This document shows positions 1-9,394 of a DNA stretch of 64,000 nucleotides, piece after piece. The translations under genes were made by a program, and so were the position numbers. Numbering within the stretch: the stretch's first letter is position 1; every line of letters begins with the position of its first letter. The notes beneath the pieces are model-generated. The model was not told where the DNA came from, did no database searches, and saw only the letters and a list, made by a program, of their open reading frames with translations. The stretch is from Candidatus Hodarchaeota archaeon (GTDB taxonomy: Archaea; Asgardarchaeota; Lokiarchaeia; Sigyniarchaeales; SOKP01). The DNA lies in NCBI GenBank assembly GCA_048886685.1, contig JBHLKM010000013.1, forward strand, positions 81,755 through 145,754. The letters run 5' to 3'.

Positions 1-227
1 AAATGTCCCTTATCAACTCTAATAGGCCATTAACTGGACTATCAAAAATAAAACAAAAGCTTAAAGAAATTTGTTCTTTAAATAACCATCAGCTTTTCCA
101 GCTTTATAATCTAGGGTTAAATATTGAGTCAGTCTTTAATTACCCTCAAGATATTGAATGGGCTATAGAAAAGGATATCTTATACACCCTCCAAAGTCGC
201 CCCATTATAACTCTGAGAAAAATATAA
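1..227 (+). CDS. C-terminal part of a PEP/pyruvate-binding (PPDK/PEP synthase N-terminal) domain protein, probably truncated by the window start
   Basis: PQDIEWA...LQSRPI motif; stop follows directly, so the ATP-grasp part is not fused to downstream domains. Confidence 0.8.
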   Translation, partial: MSLINSNRPLTGLSKIKQKLKEICSLNNHQLFQLYNLGLNIESVFNYPQDIEWAIEKDILYTLQSRPIITLRKI

Positions 228-250
228 TAAGAAAAGAATAAACTTATTAA

Positions 251-718
251 TTACTTCAGAAATGTTCTCTTTCCTAAATAAATAAAAAGTTCTGATAACT
301 CAAAGAGCGTCAATGGCATTACTAAATTTGCCATATCAGTACGAAGCTCTTCTTTGTCTTTTCCTGCAAGTATTAAAGTCCGTATATCTTCGACATAATC
401 ATCCATATTTAAGAATAATATTTCTATCTTATCTACTCCCGTCAGCTCTTCAATATCTTTATCTAAATGTTGTTCAACATCATTAAGTAAGCCCAACTTC
501 AATTTAGGATTAAGATTATATTTAATAATAAGTTTATTCATTTCTTCGATGATGATATTCAAAGATAAATTCCAATCTGCATTTTCTTTATATTTAGGAA
601 TAAGAATATCACTAATAATAATTTCAAAAAGGGTTGTTGGTGCCTTTTGGTCAAAATCTACTTCAATCCCTGTACTTAATTTTATCTTTTTGGTATCTTC
701 AGTCATACCCAATCTCAA
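251..718 (-). CDS. Hypothetical acidic helical protein (start may be the ATG near 706)
   Basis: 155-aa ORF filling the gap; no motif recognised. Confidence 0.6.
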   Translation of the reverse strand: MRLGMTEDTKKIKLSTGIEVDFDQKAPTTLFEIIISDILIPKYKENADWNLSLNIIIEEMNKLIIKYNLNPKLKLGLLNDVEQHLDKDIEELTGVDKIEILFLNMDDYVEDIRTLILAGKDKEELRTDMANLVMPLTLFELSELFIYLGKRTFLK

Positions 719-878
719 CTTGAATCTAAAATTATAATATCCTTAATAATTAATGGATTACGATTTAATAAATATTTTTAATCATCATTCCATTTGAAAA
801 ATTTACAATTAATTTTTTAAGGATCGATAATAATTCAATCAGTAAATTATATATCCAAACTTAGCTTTATTACGGTAT

Positions 879-2147
879 ATGGGACTAAATATATTACTAG
901 TAAATCCTAATAGGTTTCACAGTCCTCCAGTAATCCCAATAGGTTTAGAATATTTAGCTACTGCATTAGAAAAACACAACCATGATGTTGAGATCTTAGA
1001 CCTATGTTTTTCAGATAAACCAGAAAAGGATTTGGACAATATCCTTAAGAAGAAATCATTTGATTTAGTAGGATTTACTATTCGTAATATTGATTCAGCA
1101 ATTTACTTTAATAACGAATTTTTTTTACCCGACTTCAAGCCTCTAGTCCAGAGTGTTAAGGAACAAAATATTCCTGTAGTACTAGGAGGTTCAGGATTCT
1201 CTGCCATGCCTAACGAAATTCTCAACTTTCTTAAAGCTGATTATGGTATTATTGGTCCAGGGGAGATAATTTTTCCGAAGTTTTTAGAGTTAATGCAATC
1301 TAATAGTACAACACAAAAAATATTCGATGGTTGGGAGTCAGGTGTGGATAACTCATTAGTAAATATAAGGGGAAATAGAGTAGATTATCCCCAGTATTTA
1401 AAGGAGGAAGGTATAGTCGGATTTGAAACTCACACTGGCTGTAATAATCAATGTCCCTACTGTATAGAAGCTAATACCCGAGTACATTTCAAAGGTATTT
1501 CAAAAATTATAGAAGAACTAGCTCATCTTGTCAGTCAAGGGTATAATCATTTCCATACCTGTGATACTGAGTTTAATACTAACTTAAAGTTTTCAATAGA
1601 TTTTTGTTTAGCGTTAATTAAAAGAAATTTAGATATGAAATGGGCTCTTTATATGAAACCAACCCCATATAACGAAAAATTTTTTGAACTTTTACATAAA
1701 TCAAAAGCTTATTTAATTACTCTTTCAGTTGATAGTGATGAGAGAATTCAGAAATCAAATAAATATAATTATGATGATTTAAAGAAAATTGTAAACTATT
1801 GTCACAAATATGACCTTACATTGGCTATAGATTTATTAATTGGATATCCTAATGAACCATTAAAATCAATAAAAAAAATTATAGACTTCTTTAAAAATAA
1901 TCGCCCTTTTACAGTCGGAATAAGTTATAATTATCGCGCTTATAACTACACACCACTAGCAACCTTAATAAAGGAGGATCTTTCCTTACAAAAGAACTTA
2001 AATAAACAATATAGAGATGGTGAAACCTTTTTGGAACCAATTTTCTATAACCAACTGTCTCAGGAGACAATAGAAGAATTAATTGACAACGATGATCTGT
2101 TTAAGATTGCTGGAATTACCCCTGGGGTGAATTATCAACAAATTTAA
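879..2147 (+). CDS. Cobalamin-binding radical SAM protein (TsrM-like subfamily)
   Basis: N-terminal B12-binding domain (LVNPN...PIGLEYLA, VLGGSGFS), CNNQCPYC cluster motif, CDTEFN. Confidence 0.85.
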   Translation: MGLNILLVNPNRFHSPPVIPIGLEYLATALEKHNHDVEILDLCFSDKPEKDLDNILKKKSFDLVGFTIRNIDSAIYFNNEFFLPDFKPLVQSVKEQNIPVVLGGSGFSAMPNEILNFLKADYGIIGPGEIIFPKFLELMQSNSTTQKIFDGWESGVDNSLVNIRGNRVDYPQYLKEEGIVGFETHTGCNNQCPYCIEANTRVHFKGISKIIEELAHLVSQGYNHFHTCDTEFNTNLKFSIDFCLALIKRNLDMKWALYMKPTPYNEKFFELLHKSKAYLITLSVDSDERIQKSNKYNYDDLKKIVNYCHKYDLTLAIDLLIGYPNEPLKSIKKIIDFFKNNRPFTVGISYNYRAYNYTPLATLIKEDLSLQKNLNKQYRDGETFLEPIFYNQLSQETIEELIDNDDLFKIAGITPGVNYQQI

Positions 2148-2197
2148 AGATTTAAATTAAATAAAAAAACCGCAAAATTTTGATCGAGATCTAGAAC

Positions 2198-3102
2198 CTA
2201 TCCACCAATCTGAGCCTTTACTCCACAAGATTCAACAATCTTCTTGAGTCTTATCATATGGTCGTCGCTAGGGGGTTTAACATTTATAAGTTTATAATCT
2301 CTATCAAGTTGACCATATATTTGTGTACCAAAAATATGGTAGGGTAAAAGTTCAATCCTTTTGAGGTTATCTCCTAATTTAAAAGCGAATTTCGCTGTAT
2401 TTAATATGTTATCATCTGAATCATTACATCCTAGTACCAAGGGTATACGAATTATAATAGGACGGATAACAGAAGCTTTCCTTGCGTTTTTTAGGATTAA
2501 TTCACTAGAAACACCAGTGAGCTCTTTGTGCGCAAGAGTATCCATATGCTTTATGTCAAAATATATGAGATCTACATATGAAAGAAGTTTCTCCAGATAT
2601 TCCCACTTCACATATCCACAGGTTTCTATCGCAGTGTGTATATAGCTCTGCTTACACCTTTTAAGAAAAGCTGTAATAAATTCATGTTGCATTGTGGGCT
2701 CACCACCACCTACAGTGATCCCTCCATTTGAACGCCTATAAAACGGGCTATCTTTGATAACCTCTTGGAACAGTTCCTCAACTGTCATATATTTTCCCAC
2801 AAGATTCAGAGCTTGGTTAAGGCAGGTTTCAACACATTGACCGCAACTTGTACAGACCTCTCTGTCAATTATAATACCTTCCTCTTCGAATAATGTAATC
2901 GCATCAAGAGGATATATCTCAATACAGCGTCCACACATTTTGCAGTTAAGCCTAATATGAAGAATCTCAAAGGACGGTTTCTGGGTTTGGGAGATGAACA
3001 CCGTAGGCACATTAAGGGATATCCTTTCATATATATAAGGGTTCGAATTCCAGGACCATCATGGATGGCGAACCTTTGTATATCGTGTATTAAGCCTTTC
3101 AT
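2198..3102 (-). pseudogene. Frameshifted glycyl-radical enzyme activating enzyme (radical SAM with ferredoxin insert)
   Basis: N-terminus IQRFAIHDGPGIRT in ORF 2869..3102 and remainder (GGGEP, IETCG, DIKHMD, ELLPYH) in ORF 2198..3010; 1-nt loss near 2989-2991; CxxxCxxC reads YPLMCLRC. Confidence 0.85.
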
Positions 3103-3282
3103 TTCTCCACAGTGTATGCTCCTTATTATTTTGTAAAAATCTTTTCCCCTATTAATAACTTTTATTTTGAAATTAATGATTTTTTTATGATTATGAAATC
3201 TGGATTATTTACATCTTCTTATTTAAATCAATAATTTCTCGTATTTAAAATGGTATATTCTTATTCTGGGTAAGTAGAATAG

Positions 3283-3449
3283 AAAAAGCAAAAAATCGGA
3301 AACCATGAATCTTAAAAAATTAAAAAGAGGAGACGTATTTATCTAATAACAGGGTTAAGGGTTGAGGTATTTAGCCGATTGCTCGACTTTAGGTATAAGA
3401 ATATATTGTCGTTTCATGGTTCTCCGATCTTTTATTTTTGACAATATAT
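3283..3449. repeat. Interleaved inverted repeats in an intergenic region
   Basis: ATCGGAAACCATGAA (3295-3309) vs TTCATGGTTCTCCGAT (3413-3428), extendable through A/T-rich flanks; perfect 10-bp pair ATATATTGTC (3401-3410)/GACAATATAT (3440-3449). Confidence 0.7.
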
Positions 3450-3572
3450 GTTGAATTTTTCTACTATTTAAAAATTTCCTTTTTTTCATGTGAAAAAATT
3501 GAAAATTGTGTAAACAAGTATTCTCTAAATTTTGGAAAATTCTGAAAAATATATCAAAATAGAATAGAGGAT

Positions 3573-4790
3573 TTATAAAGATCCATAAACATTTTTTAAA
3601 CCTTTATTTAAACCGAAGAGAAATTTTTCATTAGAATGCTCTATTAGAGAATTTGTATACTCAATGATCTTTTTAGCAATTTCAGGGTTTCGAAGCATTT
3701 GAACCTCGACCTTTTCAGCTCTATCCCATAATAGGTATGGCGTATCTTCATATGGAACCTCTTTTTTAACTTCTTTTATCCAACTATCTGGTAATTCATT
3801 AGTTAATTCTACATCAAGCATTTTTGCTAAAAAAATACTCCAAGCTCTAGGGACAACAGTTATTAAATATCCTCCTCCTCCGAATGCAACCCATTTATCT
3901 TGACAATATTCTTTTGCACAAGTTTTCATCGTCTGGGCTATATCTCTATAAACTGCTAATGAAAAGCCCATCTGTGTTAAGGGATCATCAAAATAGGTAT
4001 CTACTCCTAACTGCGTTATTAAAATATCTGGGCTGTATGCTTCTAATAATTTTGGTGCTGTTTTCCTGAATAATTTTATGAAAGATTTATTATTTGTCCC
4101 TGGCAGTAATGGGAAATTAATAGAATAACCATTCCCATCTCCTTCTCCAGTTTCATTAATAAATCCCGTTCCAGGAAAGAGAAACCTTCCATCTTGATGG
4201 TATGATATTGTTAAAACGTTAGGATCGTCATAAAAAAGCCATTGAACACCATCACCATGATGACAATCAATATCAACATAGGCAATTTTAATGTCTTTTT
4301 TCAAAGTTTTTAAATGCTGAATAGAAATGGCAATGTCATTAAAGATACAAAAACCGGAAGCTTTTTCTCTCATTGCATGGTGAAGACCGCCTGCTGGATT
4401 GAATGCCACTTTTACCTCTTCTTCATTCCACACTTTATCTGCGGCAATAATACTTCCTCCAGATATTAAAGCAGAAGCTTCATACATTCCTTTGAAAATA
4501 GGGTTATCTCCTGGTCCTAAACCATATATATAAGGAGATAATGATTTGTCGTTAGGATTTTCACTTAATTTTTTTACGACATCAATATATTTCGGAGAAT
4601 GAACTCTTTCTAACTCTTCTCTGGTGGCCATTCGAGGCTCCAGAATATCTAATCTTTCATTTTCTAACAATTTTAGCTTATCCATAAGACTATACGTCAG
4701 CTTTAGCCTTAAGGGTCTCAGGGGATGATCTTTTCCAAAATTATACTTTTGATATTCTTTGGTATAAACAAGCCCGACTTTATCCACCAT
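3573..4790 (-). CDS. Histone deacetylase family / AcuC-like Zn-dependent deacetylase
   Basis: HPLRPLR, GGLHHA, SGFCIFND, DIDCHHGDG, GGGGY. Confidence 0.92.
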   Translation of the reverse strand: MVDKVGLVYTKEYQKYNFGKDHPLRPLRLKLTYSLMDKLKLLENERLDILEPRMATREELERVHSPKYIDVVKKLSENPNDKSLSPYIYGLGPGDNPIFKGMYEASALISGGSIIAADKVWNEEEVKVAFNPAGGLHHAMREKASGFCIFNDIAISIQHLKTLKKDIKIAYVDIDCHHGDGVQWLFYDDPNVLTISYHQDGRFLFPGTGFINETGEGDGNGYSINFPLLPGTNNKSFIKLFRKTAPKLLEAYSPDILITQLGVDTYFDDPLTQMGFSLAVYRDIAQTMKTCAKEYCQDKWVAFGGGGYLITVVPRAWSIFLAKMLDVELTNELPDSWIKEVKKEVPYEDTPYLLWDRAEKVEVQMLRNPEIAKKIIEYTNSLIEHSNEKFLFGLNKGLKNVYGSL

Positions 4791-4987
4791 TATAGTAAGT
4801 AAAATTAGGAGTACTATAAATTTTTTTTACATATTTTATAAGACATGATTTCAAAATTGCTTTATCTGTTTGATAATTTTAAGAAAAAAAAAGTAATATA
4901 TAAGAGAACTTGTATTATCAAAATATCATAAGAAAAAATAAATATATAATATATAGTTCATACAAAATTATTTTATCACTTTAAAGA

Positions 4988-5542
4988 ATGAGTGTTATAT
5001 TTCGAAAATTTTTAACTCGGGTTGGGCAACAGTCTGAATTTAAGCCTTTGAAGAATCAATTACTTAATTATTTGAAGAAGGAAAGTGAAAACAAATACAG
5101 GAATTACCCGAGATTAATAAAACTCATGAAGGATTATTGGCCTGAATATCAAGACCGTTCACGTATTTCTCATCTTTTAAAAGATCACCACGAGGAAATT
5201 TTTAAATTGTATTTAAATACCTTTTTTCATTTCCGTAAGCGAGGGCTTTCTTTTGAAGATCCAGAAGCCCCTACCCCTGTTGATTTTAAGTTAGTGTTTA
5301 AATACAGATATAATTCTAAAGAAATTGAAGTAGTAGAAGAAGTAATAAAGGATTTGAATATTGAAGCTAATACTGAATCAATACTGAAAAGGGTTTTTAT
5401 ATTTGCCATAAGCTCTTTCGGCTTTTTAGTAGAACAAATTTTTGGGAGACCATTTGCCTTTCAATTTTTCGATATAACAGCAAATCCTCTTCCTAATGAT
5501 GAGTGTGAAGTAGTAGCTATAATATCAGGAAGAGAGCAATAA
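4988..5542 (+). CDS. Hypothetical protein
   Basis: 184-aa ORF, no motif recognised. Confidence 0.6.
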   Translation: MSVIFRKFLTRVGQQSEFKPLKNQLLNYLKKESENKYRNYPRLIKLMKDYWPEYQDRSRISHLLKDHHEEIFKLYLNTFFHFRKRGLSFEDPEAPTPVDFKLVFKYRYNSKEIEVVEEVIKDLNIEANTESILKRVFIFAISSFGFLVEQIFGRPFAFQFFDITANPLPNDECEVVAIISGREQ

Positions 5543-5553
5543 TAATTCCATTG

Positions 5554-5979
5554 TTATTTAGTTAAAAATGATCCAAGGTCCATCAGATCATCACCACGTT
5601 TTACTTGGATCTTGCCTCTTATTCCTTTAACTTTCCGCTCTAAATATATTATGGCATCAAGAGGAATTTTTTTGGGAACCCCTCCTCTTTGTTGAATAAT
5701 TGCTAATAAATAATCTATGTTTTGTATGACCTCGGGATTTATTAACTCATTATAAATTGCGTGATATACATTCGGTTGCTTGTTTTTCAGACCATTCAAG
5801 TAATTATAAGCATCTGGAGCTAACACCACCTTGAGAACATATTCAACTTTTTCTGAAATTGTAACTACTCTATCTTTTACAAGTTCCTGATGTTTCTTCG
5901 CATCTATTATTGCTTTCATTTTTCTCATACGTATTTTTTCTAACTCATGCTGTTCAAAATCTTTATCGCTTTCATTCAT
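5554..5979 (-). CDS. PDCD5/TFAR19-like DNA-binding protein
   Basis: ELEKIRMRKM N-terminal helix, VLAPDAYNYL, C-terminal KIQVKR. Confidence 0.7.
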   Translation of the reverse strand: MNESDKDFEQHELEKIRMRKMKAIIDAKKHQELVKDRVVTISEKVEYVLKVVLAPDAYNYLNGLKNKQPNVYHAIYNELINPEVIQNIDYLLAIIQQRGGVPKKIPLDAIIYLERKVKGIRGKIQVKRGDDLMDLGSFLTK

Positions 5980-6143
5980 TTTATTGATTATCTCTGCTTA
6001 TTTAATCGTATATCTAAATAATTATATTAATAATTAATGGAGGTTAAAATAATAATTTTTTGAGAAATTTAATTCTAAATGAAAAATAATAATGATATCT
6101 TTACATCTTCTTATAAGAAGTTACATGAAAAATTAGAAAAAAA

Positions 6144-6327
6144 TGGTCCCTCCCCCCGGATTCTAGCGTGATCCGATATGGACCCTTATTTCGAGCCGGG
6201 GACCGTTCCCGGTATGGTCGATATGCACCATAACTCTCGGTTACGGCTGACGTAACTTCATTAGCTACAAGCTTTAGTACGCGACATTATCTACAGCCGA
6301 GCACTCTGACCACTGAGTTAGGGAGGG
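6144..6327 (-). tRNA. tRNA-Tyr(GTA) with three introns; exons 6327-6291, 6241-6236, 6205-6190, 6160-6144
   Basis: Joined exons give 76 nt: acceptor CCCTCCC/GGGAGGG (C1-G72), D stem ACTC/GAGT, anticodon stem CTCGG/CCGAG with loop CTGTAGA, T stem CCCGG/CCGGG, A73 and encoded CCA. Confidence 0.9.
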
Positions 6328-6615
6328 GATATGTTTTAAAATAAAATAATAATCTAATTAATTTATGTTTTATGTTTTTAGATTTAGACTAAGTAATAAC
6401 AAAAAGAAATCGATAGTTTTTTTGTACCCACAAAATTCTACCTTTTGATTAAGAAAACTTCAAATATGTTTACTTTATAAGAATATTAAACAAAAAATTT
6501 TCCAATAAAAAAAAGCAAATTACTTTTGTTGTGAAAAATTTTTATTGTCATAATTAATATTTTTATAAAAATTAACTATTATAATAATTACAATTTAAAT
6601 GTAAATTTTTTAAAG

Positions 6616-7134
6616 GTGATTATCATCAGGGAAGAAACTGATTATACTGAAGCAATCGAGGCGTATAAGAACGAACCTACTGTCATTCTAGAACCATGGG
6701 GTAGAAGTATCGATCACTTACGCTTAACAATCATCGGTAAAAAAGGAACTCCTTATGCAGATGGCAAATTTGTGTTTGAAATTAAATTTCCAGACAATTA
6801 TCCTTTCGCCCCTCCATATGCTTATGCTGTTACTCTAATGTGGCATCCTAATATCGATAGCTCTATTCCACCAGGAAAACTCAACATTTGTTTAGATTTG
6901 ATTAATCCAGATTTAGTTGGAAAAGTAGATGCATCAACTGGAGCAAGTGGTTGGACACCAAGTAAAACATTAACTAACATTATCGAAGCTCTCAAGGGAA
7001 TGATGCATGTTGAACCTCCATTCTTTAATCCCGGAGATCCATTGAATCACGAGGCAGGTGAGCAATATTTTAGGGCTCAGAAAAAGTTTGAGGCTAAAGC
7101 AACTGCTTGGACTAAGAAGTATGCCATGGACTAA
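6616..7134 (+). CDS. Ubiquitin-conjugating enzyme E2
   Basis: GTPY..G.F, FPDNYPFAPP, WHPNI, catalytic ICLDLI, WTP, DPLN..A. Confidence 0.95.
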   Translation: MIIIREETDYTEAIEAYKNEPTVILEPWGRSIDHLRLTIIGKKGTPYADGKFVFEIKFPDNYPFAPPYAYAVTLMWHPNIDSSIPPGKLNICLDLINPDLVGKVDASTGASGWTPSKTLTNIIEALKGMMHVEPPFFNPGDPLNHEAGEQYFRAQKKFEAKATAWTKKYAMD

Positions 7135-7320
7135 AAGATTTCAACCATTTTTTATATTCTATTTTTATTTTTTAAGTTATGAGATTTTAAACTTAGGAAA
7201 TTTCATTTTTCTAGATTTTATCAAATAGTTAAACATCCCAAATTCTTATAAATTTAGGATACCTATTTTTTTTCAATCAGAAATTTTAACAATTTTATCA
7301 TGCTCCCCTAATAAAGGCGT

Positions 7321-7716
7321 TTGATATTAAGATTTAAGTGGTATGATGTGAAGGGCGTAATAGGAATAGCTGATTCAATACCTGAGGAAATAGAACGAGG
7401 ATGGCGCCTATTAAACGAAGGGAAAGAAGATGAAGCGTATGATTTAATAACTGAATTCGAAAGTAAAGGAAACTTAACTCCAGAGGAGATTCTTAGATCC
7501 CTTTTAGAACCTATTGCAAACTTTTCAGTGTGTTATTTATATAAAGGACAGACTTATCTTGTTAAACAAAAATTAGCAAATTTTAAAACTCTCATCCAAG
7601 AGAATGCATCAATAGAACAAATTCTCGAGAAATTCGAAAAGACTAGTCAAGTACTTCAAATAGAGGATTTTCCTTTTCTTAAACCATTAATTACACAAAT
7701 CTTTATTAAAAAATGA
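7321..7716 (+). CDS. Hypothetical protein, possibly an internally deleted remnant of a TPR-type protein
   Basis: Single TPR-like helix pair (RGWRLLNEGKEDEAYDLI) followed by a short unrelated C-terminus; uncertain TTG start. Confidence 0.4.
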   Translation: MILRFKWYDVKGVIGIADSIPEEIERGWRLLNEGKEDEAYDLITEFESKGNLTPEEILRSLLEPIANFSVCYLYKGQTYLVKQKLANFKTLIQENASIEQILEKFEKTSQVLQIEDFPFLKPLITQIFIKK

Positions 7717-7862
7717 ATAAAAGATCTAAATGACATTTTTGCCGTAGTCTAATCTGATATATTTATTTTTTCATTTTATATCATTCTTCTTGTAATTAAA
7801 ATAAAATTATAAACCAAATATTTAAAATGATAAATGGATTAACCTAACTACTTAATCTTATA

Positions 7863-8744
7863 GTGGTTCGATTGATTAAAAAATCAAAAGGATTAAAAGC
7901 AAAGTTTATTGACAATACTAAATTCAAGATTTCTGTATTTCAGGACGAATTAGCAAAGGATGCCTCACAGATAATCCCTAAAATTTTTAAAGGGATTCAA
8001 AAAGCAAGAAAAGATTATAGAGAAGAGACTAAGGACTTGCCTCAAGAAACGAAATCAGCCCCAGAGGAATTATGGGATGAGATTATTCATATGGCAGAAT
8101 CATTAGGCATCGATCTCATTGGATTTGCTCCTATAGAGGAGAATCTAATTTTTGAGAATGATTATGTAGGTGGTATTGAGCTATTATATGAAAATGGAAT
8201 TGTTTTAGGGATGGAAATGGATTATGATGCTATTAATACTGCTCCTAATCCCCCTGCTGGTTTGGAATCGTTAAGAATATATGCAGAATTAGGAGAAGCT
8301 ACAAATAAACTGGCAGATTTTATAAGATCGAAAGGTTATAGAGCTATAGCATGCCATCCATTAGGTGGCCCTATTCTTTATCCTGCTATGGCAACTAAGG
8401 CTAATTTAGGGCAAATTGGTAGCCACGGCCTATTGATTACAAAGAAATTTGGACCAAGACAGCGATTATCATTGATCTCAATTAATGCAGGACCACTTCC
8501 AGAAACGAACCACGAAGAATTTGAAATTTCTAAGTTTTGTGAGAAATGTAAAAGGTGTATTAATTTTTGTCCCGTTAATGCTATTTTCGATAAACCAATT
8601 GCTAATGAAAATGGAACAATAACAAGAATAGATAGTGAGAAATGTTTTGAGTATTTTTATGAAACGACTGGATGTTCTGTATGCATAGAAAAATGTCCTT
8701 TACATAAAGTTGGGTACAAAGTACTGTTTTATAGGCAGATATAA
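7863..8744 (+). CDS. Reductive dehalogenase/epoxyqueuosine reductase-like 4Fe-4S dicluster protein
   Basis: A..ANLGQIGSHGLLITKKFGPRQRL, CEKCKRCINFCP, C-x8-CSVCIEKCP. Confidence 0.8.
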   Translation: MVRLIKKSKGLKAKFIDNTKFKISVFQDELAKDASQIIPKIFKGIQKARKDYREETKDLPQETKSAPEELWDEIIHMAESLGIDLIGFAPIEENLIFENDYVGGIELLYENGIVLGMEMDYDAINTAPNPPAGLESLRIYAELGEATNKLADFIRSKGYRAIACHPLGGPILYPAMATKANLGQIGSHGLLITKKFGPRQRLSLISINAGPLPETNHEEFEISKFCEKCKRCINFCPVNAIFDKPIANENGTITRIDSEKCFEYFYETTGCSVCIEKCPLHKVGYKVLFYRQI

Positions 8745-8771
8745 AAGAGTTAAATACTTAGGAGAATAATC

Positions 8772-9374
8772 ATGAATAATATCTCATTCACAGGCAAAAA
8801 ACTCATAGTATTTGATCTTGACGGTACTATCGTTAAACTATCAGCAGATTGGATGATTTTAAAAAATATTTTAGTTGAAAAATACAGAGAAATATATAAA
8901 GAACAATGTGATGTTGATAGGGTTTCAAAATGTTTAGATAAAATAGTAGAAAAAAATGATGAGCAAGTATTAGAGAAATTCTTTGACGAAATACGTAATT
9001 ATGAGCAAAAATTTCTAAAAGAAACCCAATTAATAGAAGAGACGATTTTTTTCATAAAGAATAAGAATTTGTTTAATGTAAAAAATGATGTTAAATTTGC
9101 AATTCTATCACTTAACACGAGAAACACAATAATCCAGGCTTTGAAATTAGCAAATATACAAGATAAAATAGATTACATTATAGGTAGAGAAGATGTAAGA
9201 AAATGGAAACCAGCTCCAGAGGGTCTCATAAAAATTAAAAATCACTTCAATGTAAAAAAAGAAGAAATGGTGTATTTTGGTGATTTAAAAATTGACCTTT
9301 TAACAGGAGAAAATGCAGGAATTGATACATATGTAATAAATGTTTTAATAAATCTAGTAAAAGAAATTGGATGA
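8772..9374 (+). CDS. HAD-family hydrolase
   Basis: FDLDGT, KPAPEG, GDLKID. Confidence 0.9.
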   Translation: MNNISFTGKKLIVFDLDGTIVKLSADWMILKNILVEKYREIYKEQCDVDRVSKCLDKIVEKNDEQVLEKFFDEIRNYEQKFLKETQLIEETIFFIKNKNLFNVKNDVKFAILSLNTRNTIIQALKLANIQDKIDYIIGREDVRKWKPAPEGLIKIKNHFNVKKEEMVYFGDLKIDLLTGENAGIDTYVINVLINLVKEIG

Positions 9375-9394
9375 AAAATAGAAAGAAATATTAT

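Noticed and set aside
2984-2992. Programmed -1 frameshift at CCCAAAC in the GRE activase
   Set aside because: Heptamer is out of phase (codons CCC AAA CCC) and Cys ligands are also lost
3351-3367. Telomere-like AGGGTT repeats
   Set aside because: Only two copies; chance
3283-3449. SECIS element
   Set aside because: No neighbouring gene shows an in-frame UGA at a Cys position, and the stem geometry does not fit
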